In this document: piece after piece, positions 11,747 to 26,524 of the stretch
How positions within the stretch are numbered: the first letter of the stretch is position 1
Layout: every line of letters begins with the position of its first letter
Source of the DNA: Chrysomallon squamiferum
Taxonomy: Eukaryota; Animalia; Mollusca
Reading direction: 5' to 3'
NCBI GenBank assembly: GCA_012295275.1
Contig: CM022678.1
Span: forward strand, 6,200,001-6,264,000
DNA: 64,000 bases
Translations under genes and position numbers: made by a program
The notes under the pieces: model-generated
The model's database searches: none
What the model was told of the DNA's origin: nothing
The model's input: only the letters and a program-made list of their open reading frames with translations

Positions 11747-12406
11747 CAGTTTATAACAATAAAGAATCTATTCAGTACTCCTCTCTGAAGAAATACAAGT
11801 ACTCTACACATTCCACAATTACTGATACTCAGCTAACCTCATCTTTGGAAGCATACACATACTTACAGATAATAAGAAGAAAAAAAAAAAATGAAGGTAC
11901 AAAAAATGAACCTTATGACACAAGGAATATCAACAAGTGACTACAAACAAATGAAAAAAAAAAAAAAAAAAAAAGAGAAGACAAAGAGGACAGTAAAAAA
12001 AAAAAAAAAATGACAAACAAACAAGAGAGCAGCAGTCTGAACTAGAACCTGTTGGAAAAGCTAGCAGAAGATCAGACAGCAGTGTTGACAACCTTACGTT
12101 CTCCTCAACAGAAATGGAATTAAAAGAAATCAGATGAGATGAATAACATAATAAACTGAACCTTAAGCAGGTCGAATAATCTGGCCAGAGATCACATGAA
12201 CTGCTCTGAAGATTTCTAAACTCACAAACCAAGGCAACAGAAAGAGAATTACAGAAATTCCATTATTACTATTCTGTGTCCATACCACATCATTCTACAA
12301 GTGTGTGTGTGTGTGTGTGTGTATTCCAGGAATGCTCCAGAAATTAACAGAATATCTGGAATACTGTGTACATCAGATCTCACTGCATGACCTCACATAC
12401 CCTGTA

Positions 12407-12444
<38 letters not shown>

Positions 12445-12574
12445 GTGTTCAAATGCCTGTCACTGTTTATTGCTGCTATCATTACTCATACAGCCCAGTG
12501 TGGTCAGTGACTACCTGAGACAGGATGGTTTCAATCCTTGCATGCATCCTGGGTCTGGAGATCAATCCATTCAT

Positions 12575-13020
12575 CCATTTAACCAAACTATACATCTAAC
12601 TATACTCATTTAACTAAACTATACATCTAACTATACCCATTTAACTAAACCATACATCTAACTATACCCATTTAACTAAACCATACATCTAACTATACCC
12701 ATTTAACTAAACCATACATCTAACTATACCCATTTAACTAAACCATACATCTAACTATACCCATTTTAAACCATTCATCCATGGATTTATACCCATTTAA
12801 CTCATCCATCCATCCATTTAACCATCCAACTATTCATACATCTGTCCCATTTAACTAAAATTTTATTCCCATTTAACTTTTTTCTAACTATACCCATTTA
12901 ACTTTTCATACATCTAACTATTTAACCCATTTCTAACTATACCCATTTAACTAAACCATACATCTAACTATCCCTTTAACCATACATCTAACTCCCATTT
13001 AACATCCATACCCATTTAAC
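12575..13020. repeat. 31-bp minisatellite grading into (CCAT)n
   Basis: CCATTTAACTAAACCATACATCTAACTATAC, about 6 clean units to 12765, then scrambled. Confidence 0.92.
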
Positions 13021-13735
13021 CAAATCATACTATCCATCATCCATCCCATCCATCCATCCATCCATTCCATCCATCCAACTATTCCATCTATCATAATTTT
13101 TATTCATTTTTTGTTTGTTTTCATTTATCTGTTCATCCATAGCTTTATGCATCCATCCATCCATCCATCTATCCATCCATCCATCCACACACTCATCTAT
13201 CAACATTTTTATATTCATCCTTTCGACTATCCATCCATCCATTCATTCATTCATCCATTCATCCATCTCTCACTCGGCGCACTTGCACAACCGTACCACC
13301 ACCCTCCATCATTACACAATCTCTTCTTGTTTCACAACTTACACAGAAGTTTTGTGTGGGTTTTTTTAGCGTGAAAAACGCATCAACGCAGGTGAAAAAA
13401 CATCTACAACATCGGTGGTACTGAAATTCCAGGCATTTTGCTGGAGTGCAAAAAAAAAAAGAGAGAGAGATTGCCCTTTCTGTCTCAGGAATGTGACACT
13501 TGTGGCTAAATTCTGTACACACAAAAAAACCAAACCTGTCAATACTAACAACAGGTGCAATGTCAATAACACTGTGAATGAGATAGCAGAAACAAAAAAA
13601 AAAAAATATAAATAAAAATAAAAATAAAAATAAAAAAAAACGCAGAAGGAGAATAACAGGTAAAATGGGATAAGCATATGGTTAAGTAATATCAACACCA
13701 TCAATAAAAATAATAATAATAATAATGATAATGAA

Positions 13736-13767
<32 letters not shown>

Positions 13768-15011
13768 CTACAATAACCAGTAATAATAATAATGATGATG
13801 ATGATAATGAAGCAATAACAACACCATCAATATAAATAATAATAATAATAATAATAATAATGATGAAGATGAAGAAGAAGATGATGATGACTACAACAAC
13901 CAATAATAATAATGATGATGACTACTACAACAACAACTGCAGCAAGAAGTAGAAGAAGAAGAAGAAGAAGAAGAAGAAGAAAAGTAAAGCCTAGTACTGA
14001 TATAGAATGATTTTTCCTTACAAACTGTTTTTTTAAAAGACATACACCAAGCTGGCTGTACAGTTAGCAGAAAGGAAAGTGTTATATATGTACCAGAATG
14101 CCTCACATATTCCTTTGTAAAAGTGCATGTGTTTTGCTGTTGTTGCTGCTGCTGTTATTTTTAATATTATTACGGTTATTATCATCAGTGGTATTGTTAT
14201 TACTGTTATTGTGCTGATTATTGTTATCATTGTTTTTATTATTGTTTTTATTGTCATTATTACTGTTGTTATTATTTGTTATTATTCCTTTTAAAAGTGC
14301 ATGTGGTTTTGCTTTGTTGCTGTGATTTTTAATATTATTAATTATTATCATCAATGTTATTATTGTTATTATTTTTTATTGTTATCATTGTTTTTATTAT
14401 CATTATTGTTATTATTTATTAATGTCATCAACACTATTGTTATTATTATTTTTATTATTGTTTTATTCCTATTAATGTCATCATTACAACCTCATTATAT
14501 TTTGCTTATTTTGTTATTACTGTTTTGATTAAACATTTATTATTTTTTTTCAAAAATTATTATTGTTGTTGTTAAAACATTTATTAATAAACAAAAACAC
14601 CCATCTGAAAATATTAGTTTTTCTCAGATCATTAAAGAATGGAAATGGATTTTTATGGTTATTATCAAAAAACAATTATTAAAACAATCAACACTATTGT
14701 TAAAGAAAACTTTTAAATTAAATCAAAACAGTATTATATATATTTATTCCTATGGAATTAACCTTCAACCTCATAATATTTTGCTTATTTTGGCAGATTG
14801 CCATGACCCAAAAACTGTTTTTAGTTTTTCCCAAAAAATTAACATCATCTCAAAAACATTTTGTATAAACAAAAAGAAACATCTGAAAATATTAGTTTTT
14901 CTCAGACACAGATAAAGAATGGAAATGGATATTTAGACACTTAAATTTCAAAAAAAAAAATTAAAGAAAACAAGCAAGAACGAAAGAAAAACTGAAATTA
15001 AATCAAAAACA

Positions 15012-15049
<38 letters not shown>

Positions 15050-15376
15050 TAATCTAAATATAAATGAGTATTCAAGTGCAACGTTTCCAAAAACTGTTTT
15101 CAGTTTATCCCCTAAGTAAACATCATCTGAGTACATGCACAAATGTAAAAAAAGACAGAAAAGTAGTAGATGTTGCTGTTGTTGTTGTAGTTGTTGTTGT
15201 TGTGTTTATAGTAAGTGTTGCTGTTATGGTAGTGTAGTACTAGTAGTATAACACCAGTAGTAACAGTAGCAGTAATAGTAGCAGTGGCAGTAGTAGCAGC
15301 AGCTGCAGTAGTAGTAGTTGTAGTAACAGTAGTGTTTGTTTACCTCATCAATTTATTACATACAAGCCAGGTGTAA

Positions 15377-15680
15377 CAAAAAGAACCAATTAAGGTATCT
15401 CAATACAAAAAGAACCAATCAAGGTATCTCAATACAAAAAGAACCAATTAAGGTATCTCAGTACAAAAAGAACTAATAAAGGTATCTCAATACAAAAAAA
15501 ACCAATCAAGGTATCTCAATACAAAAAGAACCAATCAAGGTACCTCAATACAAAAAAAAAACTAATAAAGGTAATAATAATGGTACCATCAATACAAAAA
15601 AAAACGAATAAAGGTACCTCAATACAAAAATAACTAATTAAGATCCATCAACACAAAAAGATCTAATCAATGTACTGTTA
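15377..15680. repeat. 29-bp minisatellite, about 10 units
   Basis: CAAAAAGAACCAAT(C/T)AAGGTATCTCAATA. Confidence 0.92.
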
Positions 15681-16569
15681 CTGCTGGTAATTCCAAAAAG
15701 AGCTAATTCACCTTCAATACGAACAGAATTATTTCCCCCAAGGGAGGTAAAATGGATATTTTCACAAGGTGTTGATGTAATCACAAACATTTTGCTTATC
15801 AGCGTAAAAACACATGGTGCATGCATTACGTAGCATTTTCACGATGCTTTCGTGTGTACGGGTTACCCAATATTTGCAAACAAAGCTCATGTCTGCATCA
15901 AGTGTTGCAATAATAAGCTTTTCCAGCAATTTCCAGAGTTTGTAATGCATCAAAAGGTTCAAAACCGAAATTATTATAACACTTGACAAAACAGTTTTAC
16001 AGTTCACAGATATCATTATCTTTACTTCATTTTCTTTTTATTTATTTATTTAATTATTTAATTATTATTATTTTTTTTTTTTTTTTTTTTTTTATTTGGA
16101 GCCATTTTTTTTTCTTCTTCTTATGGCATTTATTTTTATTTATTTTCTCTCAATATTTTTATTATTTTAATTTTATTTGATGATTCACCAAAAATAATAG
16201 ATAAATAAATAAAAAAAGAAGAAGAAATAAGGTTTCAACGGTAACACCTGAAATAATAATAAAATCAGTCAAAAGAAAAATGTTGACATTTATAACAGCA
16301 ATGAAAATGTATGTAATGATTATTTCATCGCCATTCCCACAATGGTTATTACATCAGAACCATTTTAATCTGAAGTCCATGAATGTATGAAATAAAAATG
16401 CCTTTGTCTTAATGAAATTTAAGATTCAGACATCTTGAAATCTAAAGTCAATGAATGATGATCAATTCTAATGAACGATTTTGATAAAAGTAATCTTCAT
16501 AACCCTTTCATAAAAAAAATAAATAAATAAATAAATAAATAAATTTTTTTTTGTGGTTTGTAAATGTAG

Positions 16570-16620
16570 TTTGTAGTACCAGTAGCAGTAGTAGTAGTTG
16601 TTGTATTAGTAGTAGTAGCT

Positions 16621-16654
<34 letters not shown>

Positions 16655-16739
16655 CTGTTGTAGTAATAGTTGTTGTAGTAGTAGTAGTAGTAGTAGTAGC
16701 TGTAGTAGTAGTGTAGTAGTAGCTGTAGTAGTAATAGTT

Positions 16740-16782
<43 letters not shown>

Positions 16783-18413
16783 CTGTTGTAGTAATAGTTG
16801 TAGTAGTAGTAGTAGTAGTAGTAGTAGTTGTAGTAGTAGCTGTTGTAGTAATAGTTGTAGTAGTAGTAGTAGTAGTAGTAGTTGTAGTAGTAGCTAGTAG
16901 TAGTAGTAGTAGTATTAGTAGTAGTAGTAGTAGTAAGGACAAAACTATACAGTAGCAGCAGCAATAATAGTATCAATAACTGCATTTATTACAGTAACAG
17001 TTGTAGTAATGATAGTGGTGGTGATATATTAACATTAATAGTTGTAGTAATGATATATTAACATTAATAGTTATAGTAATGATAGTGGTGGTGATATATT
17101 AACATTAATAGTTGTAGTAATGATATATTAACATTAATAGTTGTAGTAATGATAGTGGTGGCGATATATTAACGTTAATAGTTGTAGTAATGATATATTA
17201 ACATTAGTTGATAGTTGTAGTAATGATAGTGGTGATGATATATTGTAAATGATTGATAGTTGTAGTAATGATAGTGGTGATGATATATTAACATTGATAG
17301 TTGTAGTAATGATAGTGGTGATGATATATTAACATTGATAGTTGTAGTAATGATAGTGGTGATGATATATTAACATTGATAGTTGTAGTAATGATAGTGG
17401 TGATGATATATTAACATTGATAGTTGTAGTAATGATAGTGGTGATGATATATTAACATTGATAGTTGTAATGATATAGTGGTGATGATATATTAACATTG
17501 ATAGTTGTAGTAATGATAGTGGTGATGATATATTAACATTGATGTTGTAGTAATGATAGTGGTGATGATATATTAACATTGATAGTTGTAGTAATGATAG
17601 TGGTGATGATATATTAACATTGATAGTTGTATAGTTGATAGTAATGATATTGTAGTAATGATAGTGGTGATATATATTAACATTGATAGTTGTAGTAATG
17701 ATAGTGGTGATGATATATTAACATTGATAGTTGTAGTAATGATAGTGGTGATGATATATTAACATTGATAGTTGTAGTAATGATAGTGGTGATGATATAT
17801 TAACATTGATAGTTGTAGTAATGATAGTGGTGATGATATATTAACATTAATAGTTGTAGTAATGATAGTGGTGATGATATATTAACGTTAATAGTTGTAG
17901 TAATGATATATTAACATTGATAGTTGTAGTAATGATATATTAACATTGATAGTTGTAGTAATGATAGTGGTGATGATATATTAACATTAATAGTTGTAGT
18001 AATGATAGTGATGATGATATATTAACATTGATAGTTGTAACTATAGTAGCACCAATAGTATTGATGGCAACTGTAGTATTATTATTAGTAGTACTAGCAG
18101 CAATGTTAGTGGTAGCAATTGAGGTAGCATTAATAGTAGCTATAGTAGCTGCAATGATAGAGGTAGAAATTGTTGTAGTATTAGTAGTAATGGTAGTAGT
18201 AGTAATAGTGGTTGTAGTAGTGGTAGTAGTAGTAGTGGTAGTAGTAGTAGTTGTAGCAGTGGTGGTGGTGGCAGAAATTATAATAACAGTAGAATTAATA
18301 GTAGTAGTGGTAGTAGTAGTAGTGGTAGTAGTAGTTGTAGTAGTAATAGTTGTAGCAGGGGTGGTGGTAGAAATTGTAGTAACAGTAGAATTAATAGCAG
18401 TAGTAGTAGTAGC

Positions 18414-18451
<38 letters not shown>

Positions 18452-18464
18452 CAGTAGTAGTAGC

Positions 18465-18526
<62 letters not shown>

Positions 18527-18560
18527 CAGTAGTAGTAGTTGCTGAGGCAGTAATGGCAGT
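16570..18560. repeat. 41-bp minisatellite (about 16998-18040) flanked by (TAG)n-rich tracts
   Basis: ATAGTTGTAGTAATGATAGTGGTGATGATATATTAACATTG plus a 29-bp deletion variant. Confidence 0.95.
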
Positions 18561-19047
18561 GGTATGACACAGTAATGTTGGAGATGGTGGTACTATAGCA
18601 GTAGCAGTTGTTGTCACAGTAGTGGCATGGTAACAGTAGTAGTAAATACAGATTTCTGCAAATATAAATATGAATGAAAGACACAAATAATTTTCATTTC
18701 TGTTCACATACAAAACCGCACAGTTAGATCTCTCTCTCTTTTTTTTCTCTTTTTTTTGTTTGTTTGATCTTTGAAATGGAAAACGTTCCTCGTTTTACTA
18801 ACTACATTGAAGTTAACCCAGCTGAGAATGTAACAGAGAAAAAAAACCTCTTGATTAACAAGGCCCTCTGGGTGTGTGTGTGGTGTGTGTGTGTGTGTGT
18901 GTGTGTGGGTGTGTGTGGTGTTCCGGTTCAATAAAAAAAAAAAAAACACAAATACTGCTTTCTTTACATTACTCTGCAGTTACTTTAAAGGCTGCAATAC
19001 GACAACCATTTTACTTGTGCTAATTGTGTTGTTTGGAAAGTATTACC

Positions 19048-19085
<38 letters not shown>

Positions 19086-19334
19086 CTGGAAATGGCAGCC
19101 AGTTCAGCCATGTTGAGATGAAATGGTTTACAAAGTGCAGGGCCAAAAAAGGGGTTTGTTAAGATTTGCTAGAAGTTGTTTTTAGATGTGGTGTGAGTTG
19201 TGAGTTGCTTTAGAAGAATTGTGGTTTTGTTGTAATAACCGAGTTTTTGTTTTGTTGTTTGTTTGTATGTTTGTGTGTCTTGTTTATGTGCATATGTTTC
19301 TTGTCAGTATGTGTGTGTATGTATGTCTGTGTGT

Positions 19335-19379
<45 letters not shown>

Positions 19380-19818
19380 TCTGTGTTTGTGTCTGTGTTT
19401 TTTTACATTTATAGCTGCGTGTATGTCTGAATGCATAAGTGAATGAATGAGACTGTATTTCTCTGAATGTGTGCAGTTCAGTGTGATTATGTGTGAAAAT
19501 GTCTGTGTGAACGTTCACATGTGAAAAGTAAAAAAAAAAAAAAAATTGCTGATTACTATTATTATTAAAGTCTGATTCTTGCCCTGTTTTGAAAAAGAAT
19601 CTTGATAAAATGCGATTTGACTTGTCTAATTATCGTGCAGTTCACTAAGAGACCAAGTTAACAGCTCGTATAAATAAATATCAACATAGCTTATGTGTTC
19701 TTGACGTGCTTTTATTTGCTGAAGGTCGCAGAAAAAGGTCTAATAGCATTTTAATTGGAAAATTATTTTTACAGTGTATTTTTGGTAGAGAGAGAGGGAA
19801 TTTTGGTGAACACTGCAT

Positions 19819-19880
<62 letters not shown>

Positions 19881-19937
19881 TCATGAGAGAGAGGCAGAGA
19901 GAGAGAAAGAGAGAGTGAGACAGAGAGACAGAGAAAC

Positions 19938-20013
<76 letters not shown>

Positions 20014-20017
<4 letters not shown>

Positions 20018-20446
20018 CTGACCTTGAATTAGATAGTCACTTTGAAACATAAAAAAAAAAGAAGTGTGATGATATGTGGGTTAAACCACTGAAGTGGATA
20101 CAGCTACTTATAAAACAACATGGACTTTGGAACTCTGGTAATATCTTTTAAGTGTTAAAGAAAAAATGATAAAAATGTAAATAAAAATAAATACTGACAG
20201 CAAATGTTTTCTGTCAGTGAGAATTTTTATCTTTTCTTCCAATCAGAGCTTATGGTCATAAAAACTGAAAATGTCACATTTTGTACGTACAAGAGGACCG
20301 TAACTGCACACAGTGGGACCGTGTTACAACATATAACTGAGGTTAAAATGACACGGTCCTGTAAAATTGAGATATTTAACGTTTAGTGATGTAGTTTAAA
20401 AGAAAAGCTGAGGAATGGAAAAGGATGTTAAATTATGATGAATAAA
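20014..20446 (+). repeat. About 430-bp dispersed repeat, copy A (inverted twin at 39789-40219)
   Basis: Near-identical to the reverse complement of 39789-40219 over its whole length; abuts a (GA)n tract. Confidence 0.95.
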
Positions 20447-20451
20447 TAAAA

Positions 20452-20500
<49 letters not shown>

Positions 20501-20524
20501 ACACAGACACACACACACAACACA

Positions 20525-20835
20525 CAGGTACCGGACCAATTATCTGGCATTCTGAAATCCAGAAAGACCAGAAAACCGGAGGTTTTTTTCCTGATGCTAT
20601 TTTCATTGTTTCCTCAACAGACCTAAACTACTCTTTCAAGCCACATTGCATTCATTCACTCGCCACATTGTTTACATGTCAAGTCGCCGCCACAGTTGTC
20701 TTTACGTTTCTAATTTTAAAATGTTTATGCCTAATTATTTACGTGTTTAGATGCCTTGGTAACAGAAAACTTGAAAATCAAGAAATCCTGAATGCTCCAG
20801 GCCCCAAGAAGTCTGGATAATTGGTCTGGTAGCTG
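20525..20835. mobile_element. 311-bp degenerate MITE (pogo/Tigger-like ends)
   Basis: Left end CAGGTACCGGACCAATTATCTGG versus reverse complement of right end CAGCTACCAGACCAATTATCCAG. No clean TA TSD remains. Confidence 0.65.
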
Positions 20836-20839
20836 TTCA

Positions 20840-21243
20840 CACATACACGTATAAATGTGTATGTTTTGGATAATGGCTGATACATTGAAACTAATTCTCT
20901 ACAGTTTACACCACTTATGCAGATTCAGCAACATAGTAATAGGCATATTAGTTGAGAAAAAATAGAATATTACTGTTATGTTAACACAAATAAACATCAA
21001 AACTTTATTTATGTCCTGAATATTGATGGAGAAAGATAAACAAGTATTTACATCTGTTACATGAAGTGAAATACACTGCATGCATGCAAAACTGAACATA
21101 TTCATTAAAATAATTGATTTCCTAAAACGTATGTGTAATTCTGTCTTTGAGTAGAATAGAATAACAAGTGCATATATATGTATGGATGGATTTGTGTGTG
21201 TGTGTGTGTGTTGTGTGATAGAGAGAGAGAGAGAGAGAGAGAG
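20840..21243 (+). repeat. About 400-bp dispersed repeat, copy A (inverted twin at 28512-28994)
   Basis: For example TACATTGAAACTAATTCTCTACAGTTTAC and the (GGAT)/(TG)/(GA) tail are shared in reverse orientation. ORFs 20899..21105(-) and 28469..28936(+) share MNMFSFACMQCI. Confidence 0.92.
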
Positions 21244-22253
21244 ATATATTTATTTGCCCATGGTTTACTAAAATATTATTTATAATAAATTTTACTCATT
21301 TTGTACAATTAACTATTTATTTGATTTTATTCTACATTATTATTTTTTTAAAAATTACCTTTATATTTGTTTTACTTTACTTTATTTAAATTTTATTTAA
21401 TTTGATATTAAAAAAACCCTAATTATCTGTAATAATTTAAAAAATAAAAATAAAAAAAATAAAAATGGAAACTGTTTTAAAATACTCGACGTCTATAAAA
21501 ATCGCTTCATAACATAATTTGTTGTAAAAAACAAATTTGTTTTAAAACACCAAACACCAAAAAAAAAAAAAAAAAAAACGCTTTCATAACATAATTTGTT
21601 TGTTTTTGTTTATCCCCAACATATTCTGATTCCTTGAAACATCTTGTCAGGGCTGTAATATCGGTGTTATGTGGAATATGTGTGGTATGCACGCCATGAA
21701 ACTGACCAACAAACTTCACTGGTCAGGTGATGATAATAACAAACACCAGCTGGTACAACAGTGCATGGGCTGACTGACCTTTCTTCGGGTTCCCTTTCAT
21801 CTTGTAGCATTTGTACAATCTCTCAGCTGGAGAATGTATTGTATTATACTGTGTTGTGTAGAGTTTTTGTACTTTTCACAGTTCATTACACCATAAAACA
21901 GTAGGAACAGTAGGGGGAAAAGAAAGGGGAGAAAAGAAGTCAAAGGTGAAAGGAATGGATAACAGTAGTTGTGTTGATGAAATTATAGTCGTAAGGTAGT
22001 TGAAGTGGGAATAGATTTAGTAGTAGTAGTAGTAGTGATGATGGTAAGAACAGAAAAAAATTTGTATATTAGTTGTAGCAGCAGCACTAGTAGGTAGTAG
22101 TAACAGTAGTAGTAGTAATGGTAGTTACTAGTAGCATAAAAAAAAAAAAAAAAAAAAAGTTTAATACTGGCAACAACAGCAATAGAGATAGAAACAGTTA
22201 TAGTAGAGAGATTAAAGAAATAAAACAGTCTAAAATTTCAGGATGGTTTAATA

Positions 22254-22304
<51 letters not shown>

Positions 22305-22332
22305 CATGGATACACACAATCAAAGAAACACA

Positions 22333-22368
<36 letters not shown>

Positions 22369-22899
22369 CACAAACTACACACAGGCAATCAAATTTACAT
22401 CATATTTGAACTTACACACTTTATAACACTAAACCATTAAAACAATTTCTAAACCCTTGCAAAAAAAAAAAAAAAAAATACATACTAGAATAACCATACA
22501 AATATTTATATATATAAAAAAAAAAAAAAAAAAAAAAAATACTGACTTTTACATCTGAACAATTATACTGAATTTTGCATCCAGTCCACTTTGCTGATAT
22601 TTATTGGTGAATAATGAATGCATTGATTTTTATAAGTACAATCATATAAATAAATATCAGGTGGCAACAGAAGTTGACGTGAAAATTACAGTTTTATTAC
22701 TGTCATTACATTAATACTTCATGTAAATATATAGAATGTTTTCTTCCAAGATCAATTTAGTATGAGTGTTTAATGGAAATATATATATGTTTTTTTATTT
22801 ATATGTTATGCCAGTTATGTGTTCTGGAGTATCAGTTTAAATGTTGATGTAAAAAAAGGGAATTCAAGATATATTTGTGTTTCAGTGTGTATTGTTTGA

Positions 22900-22932
<33 letters not shown>

Positions 22933-23514
22933 ATGTGTATGTGTTTTGTGTGTGTGTTGTGTTACACATAGATGTGTATATATAAATATTGTGTGTATGG
23001 CTATGCATGTTTATGATTATGCAGATATACATGCATATGCACATACTTAGATTTTATCTGCTATAGATTTTATGTGTATGTGTGTATGTGTGTATGTATG
23101 TGTATGTGTGTGTATGTATGTGTATGTGTGTGTATGTTTGTGTGTGTGTGTGTATGTGTATGTATGTGTGTGTGTGTATGTGTGTGTGTGTATGTGTATG
23201 TGTGTACATATGTATATGTGTATATGCGTGTTTGTGTGTATGTGTGTATGTGTGTATGTGTGTGTGTGTATGTGTATGTGTGTACATATGTATATGTGTA
23301 TATGTGTGTTTGTGTGTGTATGTGTGTGTATATGTGTATGTGTTTGTGTGTATATGTGTGTGTGTGTGTGTATATGTGTGTGGTGTGTGTGTGCGCATTA
23401 ATGTACACGAACCTCCCCTCTACATCAAAACTCACTGAAGCAAACATGCCTAGCTGTGCAGTCTGTGTTTGTGTGCCACACATAAACTGTACATTTGTGC
23501 CAACACATGCACCC

Positions 23515-23625
23515 CTTTACACAAACACATTTACACAAACCGATTTACACAAACACATTTACACAAACCCATTTACACAAACCCATTTACACAAAACATT
23601 TACACAAACACATTTACACAAACAC
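23515..23625. repeat. 14-bp minisatellite
   Basis: CATTTACACAAAC(A/C), about 8 units. Confidence 0.9.
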
Positions 23626-23883
23626 AAATCGGCATGACCCGTGTTCATTCATATGCATGCAGGACCTCGATTGAAAAATGAAGTAAAGAATAAAGAAACA
23701 CTTCCCTGACATTCTGCACATTAATCTTGTCAGAGACAAACACAGCACACCCAGGTGACAAGGATATTGCCAGGAATGTTTTAGTTTGTGTCACGAACCA
23801 GGATGTGTTTTCAGTTGTTGTTGTTGTTCAAAACAATCAAAATAAATAAATAAATAAATAAATAAATGAATAAATGATGATGA

Positions 23884-23916
<33 letters not shown>

Positions 23917-23962
23917 ACTACACTACTACTACTACCACTATTACTACAAATATATAATAATA

Positions 23963-24027
<65 letters not shown>

Positions 24028-24882
24028 GAAGTCATATTGTAAGAATATGATGCAATTAAAATTTGACATATCGTACACTGTTAAAATATGATCCATTTGA
24101 AATCTTGACTCGTATATTATTAAATATCCACTATAAAAAAAAAAAAAATATACAAAAATTACCCAGATATCCCTACTAATAACACACACACACACTCAAC
24201 ACTGGTAAAAAAAAAAAAAAAAAACATTTGATTTATCATCAACAGGTGCTGTTACACTCATGAGAAATATATATAAATTTCAATAAAGATATCATCTAAC
24301 GTCATGGCTGAGTGGATACAAAAGAATTAAGTTTTACGCTCTGCTGATTTTTGTATTAAGTCTTGATACAGGCAAATGTACGCACCTTTGATTCACAGGT
24401 TTAAAAAACTTTGGCGACATGTAGAAATAATAAAATATAATTACAGTAGGAAAACTTTTTTTTTTTTTTTTTTTTTTTTTTCTTTCTCTCCAAGCTATAT
24501 TTTGATGACATCAGTGGATTAGATAATCCAACCACCTCTGGAGTATAAAAAGATTCATTTTTAATCAATCGCATGTGAATGGAGTTTTGATTGTAAATAA
24601 CGACACTGCAGATATGAAAACATCTTCCGTCATTAAAGTTTCTCTCTGAAAGCGTTACAGATTGTAACTGCATTTCCCAAATAAATATAAACAGTAATGT
24701 AAAACCAATCTAGCTCTGTTCATCCATTAATACCAGACTTTTCAGTAAGTACGTAGGTTAGAAATAATAATACACAGAAAAACAAACACACACTGTTTGT
24801 CTGACCATTTGTTCTGTTCAGCCATTTTGGTTCATGACAAAGCAACAAAGATCTTGGTAAATGTAATCCTTTTGGAGTTGGA

Positions 24883-25190
24883 TGTATTAACTTGTTGCTG
24901 TTTTATTGCTTGTAGGAGTAGACTAGGAGTAGGACTACAGATAAAAGATTATTGCATGAAGCAACAGCTTGTGGAATGAATCTTCCTTAATAAATCTTTT
25001 ATGTATTATTTCCCTATTTCACCAAGTATTATCTCTATGCATGTATCCCTACTGTGTATTAACTTGTTGCTGTTTTATTGCTTGTAGGAGTAAGACTACA
25101 GATAAAAGATTATTGCATGAAAGAAGCAACAGCTTGTGGAACAAATCTTCCTCAATAAATCTTTTATGGATTTTTTTCCCAGTTTTATCA
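24883..25190. repeat. About 130-bp direct duplication
   Basis: TGTATTAACTTGTTGCTGTTTTATTGCTTGTAGGAGTA...AATAAATCTTTTATG at about 24883 and about 25055. Confidence 0.9.
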
Positions 25191-26386
25191 AATCCAAAAT
25201 CTACCATTCACTGCGTGAAAGCTTATTTTTTTAAGCATTTCAAAGCTTAACAGTCTAAAGAATGAATGAATGAATGAATATGTATCCTCTTAAGTACTCT
25301 CTGAGTTGCACAGTCACAACAACTGAGCTGTAACAGGATGCATGGTCTTATGATTTCATTTGTTATGTACTTTGCACAGCAGTCACAATGTTAACAAAAT
25401 ACACCAGCAAACACACACACACAAAAAAACAAAAAAATTAATTTTTTTTTTCTTTTCAAATAATTCAGCTATTGAAAATCAAACACTGACAATGTCTATC
25501 TAAAGAAAACACAGCATTATTATTAACCGCTACTGATCGCAAACTTTTCAAGACTGAGACGACAAAAAAAACAAAAAAAAACAACAAACCCCAGACAAAT
25601 TTTTATAATAATAATAAAAAGGGATACAGCAAAAGCTTTCTGGGGTTCAGGAGAGAGCAGAAATTTAAAGCAATGGATGAAATCAATAGAAAGGCAACAG
25701 CTTGTTTTCTCTCATTCACATTCAGAAAGTTGGTTTGTTTCGCTGTGAACAACGAAGACGCAAGCTGAATAGTCTACAAACACAACAAGAAGTATTATAC
25801 GAATCAAAAAGTTCCACATGTAACGAATGTTACAGACGACACACAAGACACAAACAGTGGGATGAATGGGCACATAAAGACACCCCACCCTGGACAATAA
25901 TAAAATTAAACAAAAAACACTGTGAATGACCTGAGTGGACAGTGAATGGAAGTCACACACAGGTCCTGTGTGATTGACTGCTCTATGTGTAAAGCACAAT
26001 AAGGACACATCAGCTCACTCTGAAGAAGTAAACACAGTTTGTACACAGAGTTAACCCCAGCTGGGTGTTAATGGGGGGGGGAAAACTCACTTTCAGAATG
26101 AAACCAGGACAAATTAAGTCAGTGTAAAATGAAATCATGTTAAATGAAAATGATGACAGGCTTTTGTTATCAATCTCATCAATCTTAATCTCTTAATCTC
26201 TCTTAATCTATCTTTCTCTCTCTCTCTCTCTGTCTCTCTCTCTCTCCATCTGTCTCACTCTCTCTCTGTATCTTTCTCTCCGTCTCTCTCTGTCTGTCTG
26301 TCTCTTTCTCCATCTCTCTCTTCATCTGTCTCTTGCTGTCTGTCCCTCTCTCTCTCCGTCTCTCTCTCTCTCTCCCCCTGTCTCTA

Positions 26387-26418
<32 letters not shown>

Positions 26419-26446
26419 CCCATCTGTCCCTCTCTCTCCCCTTCTG

Positions 26447-26524
<78 letters not shown>

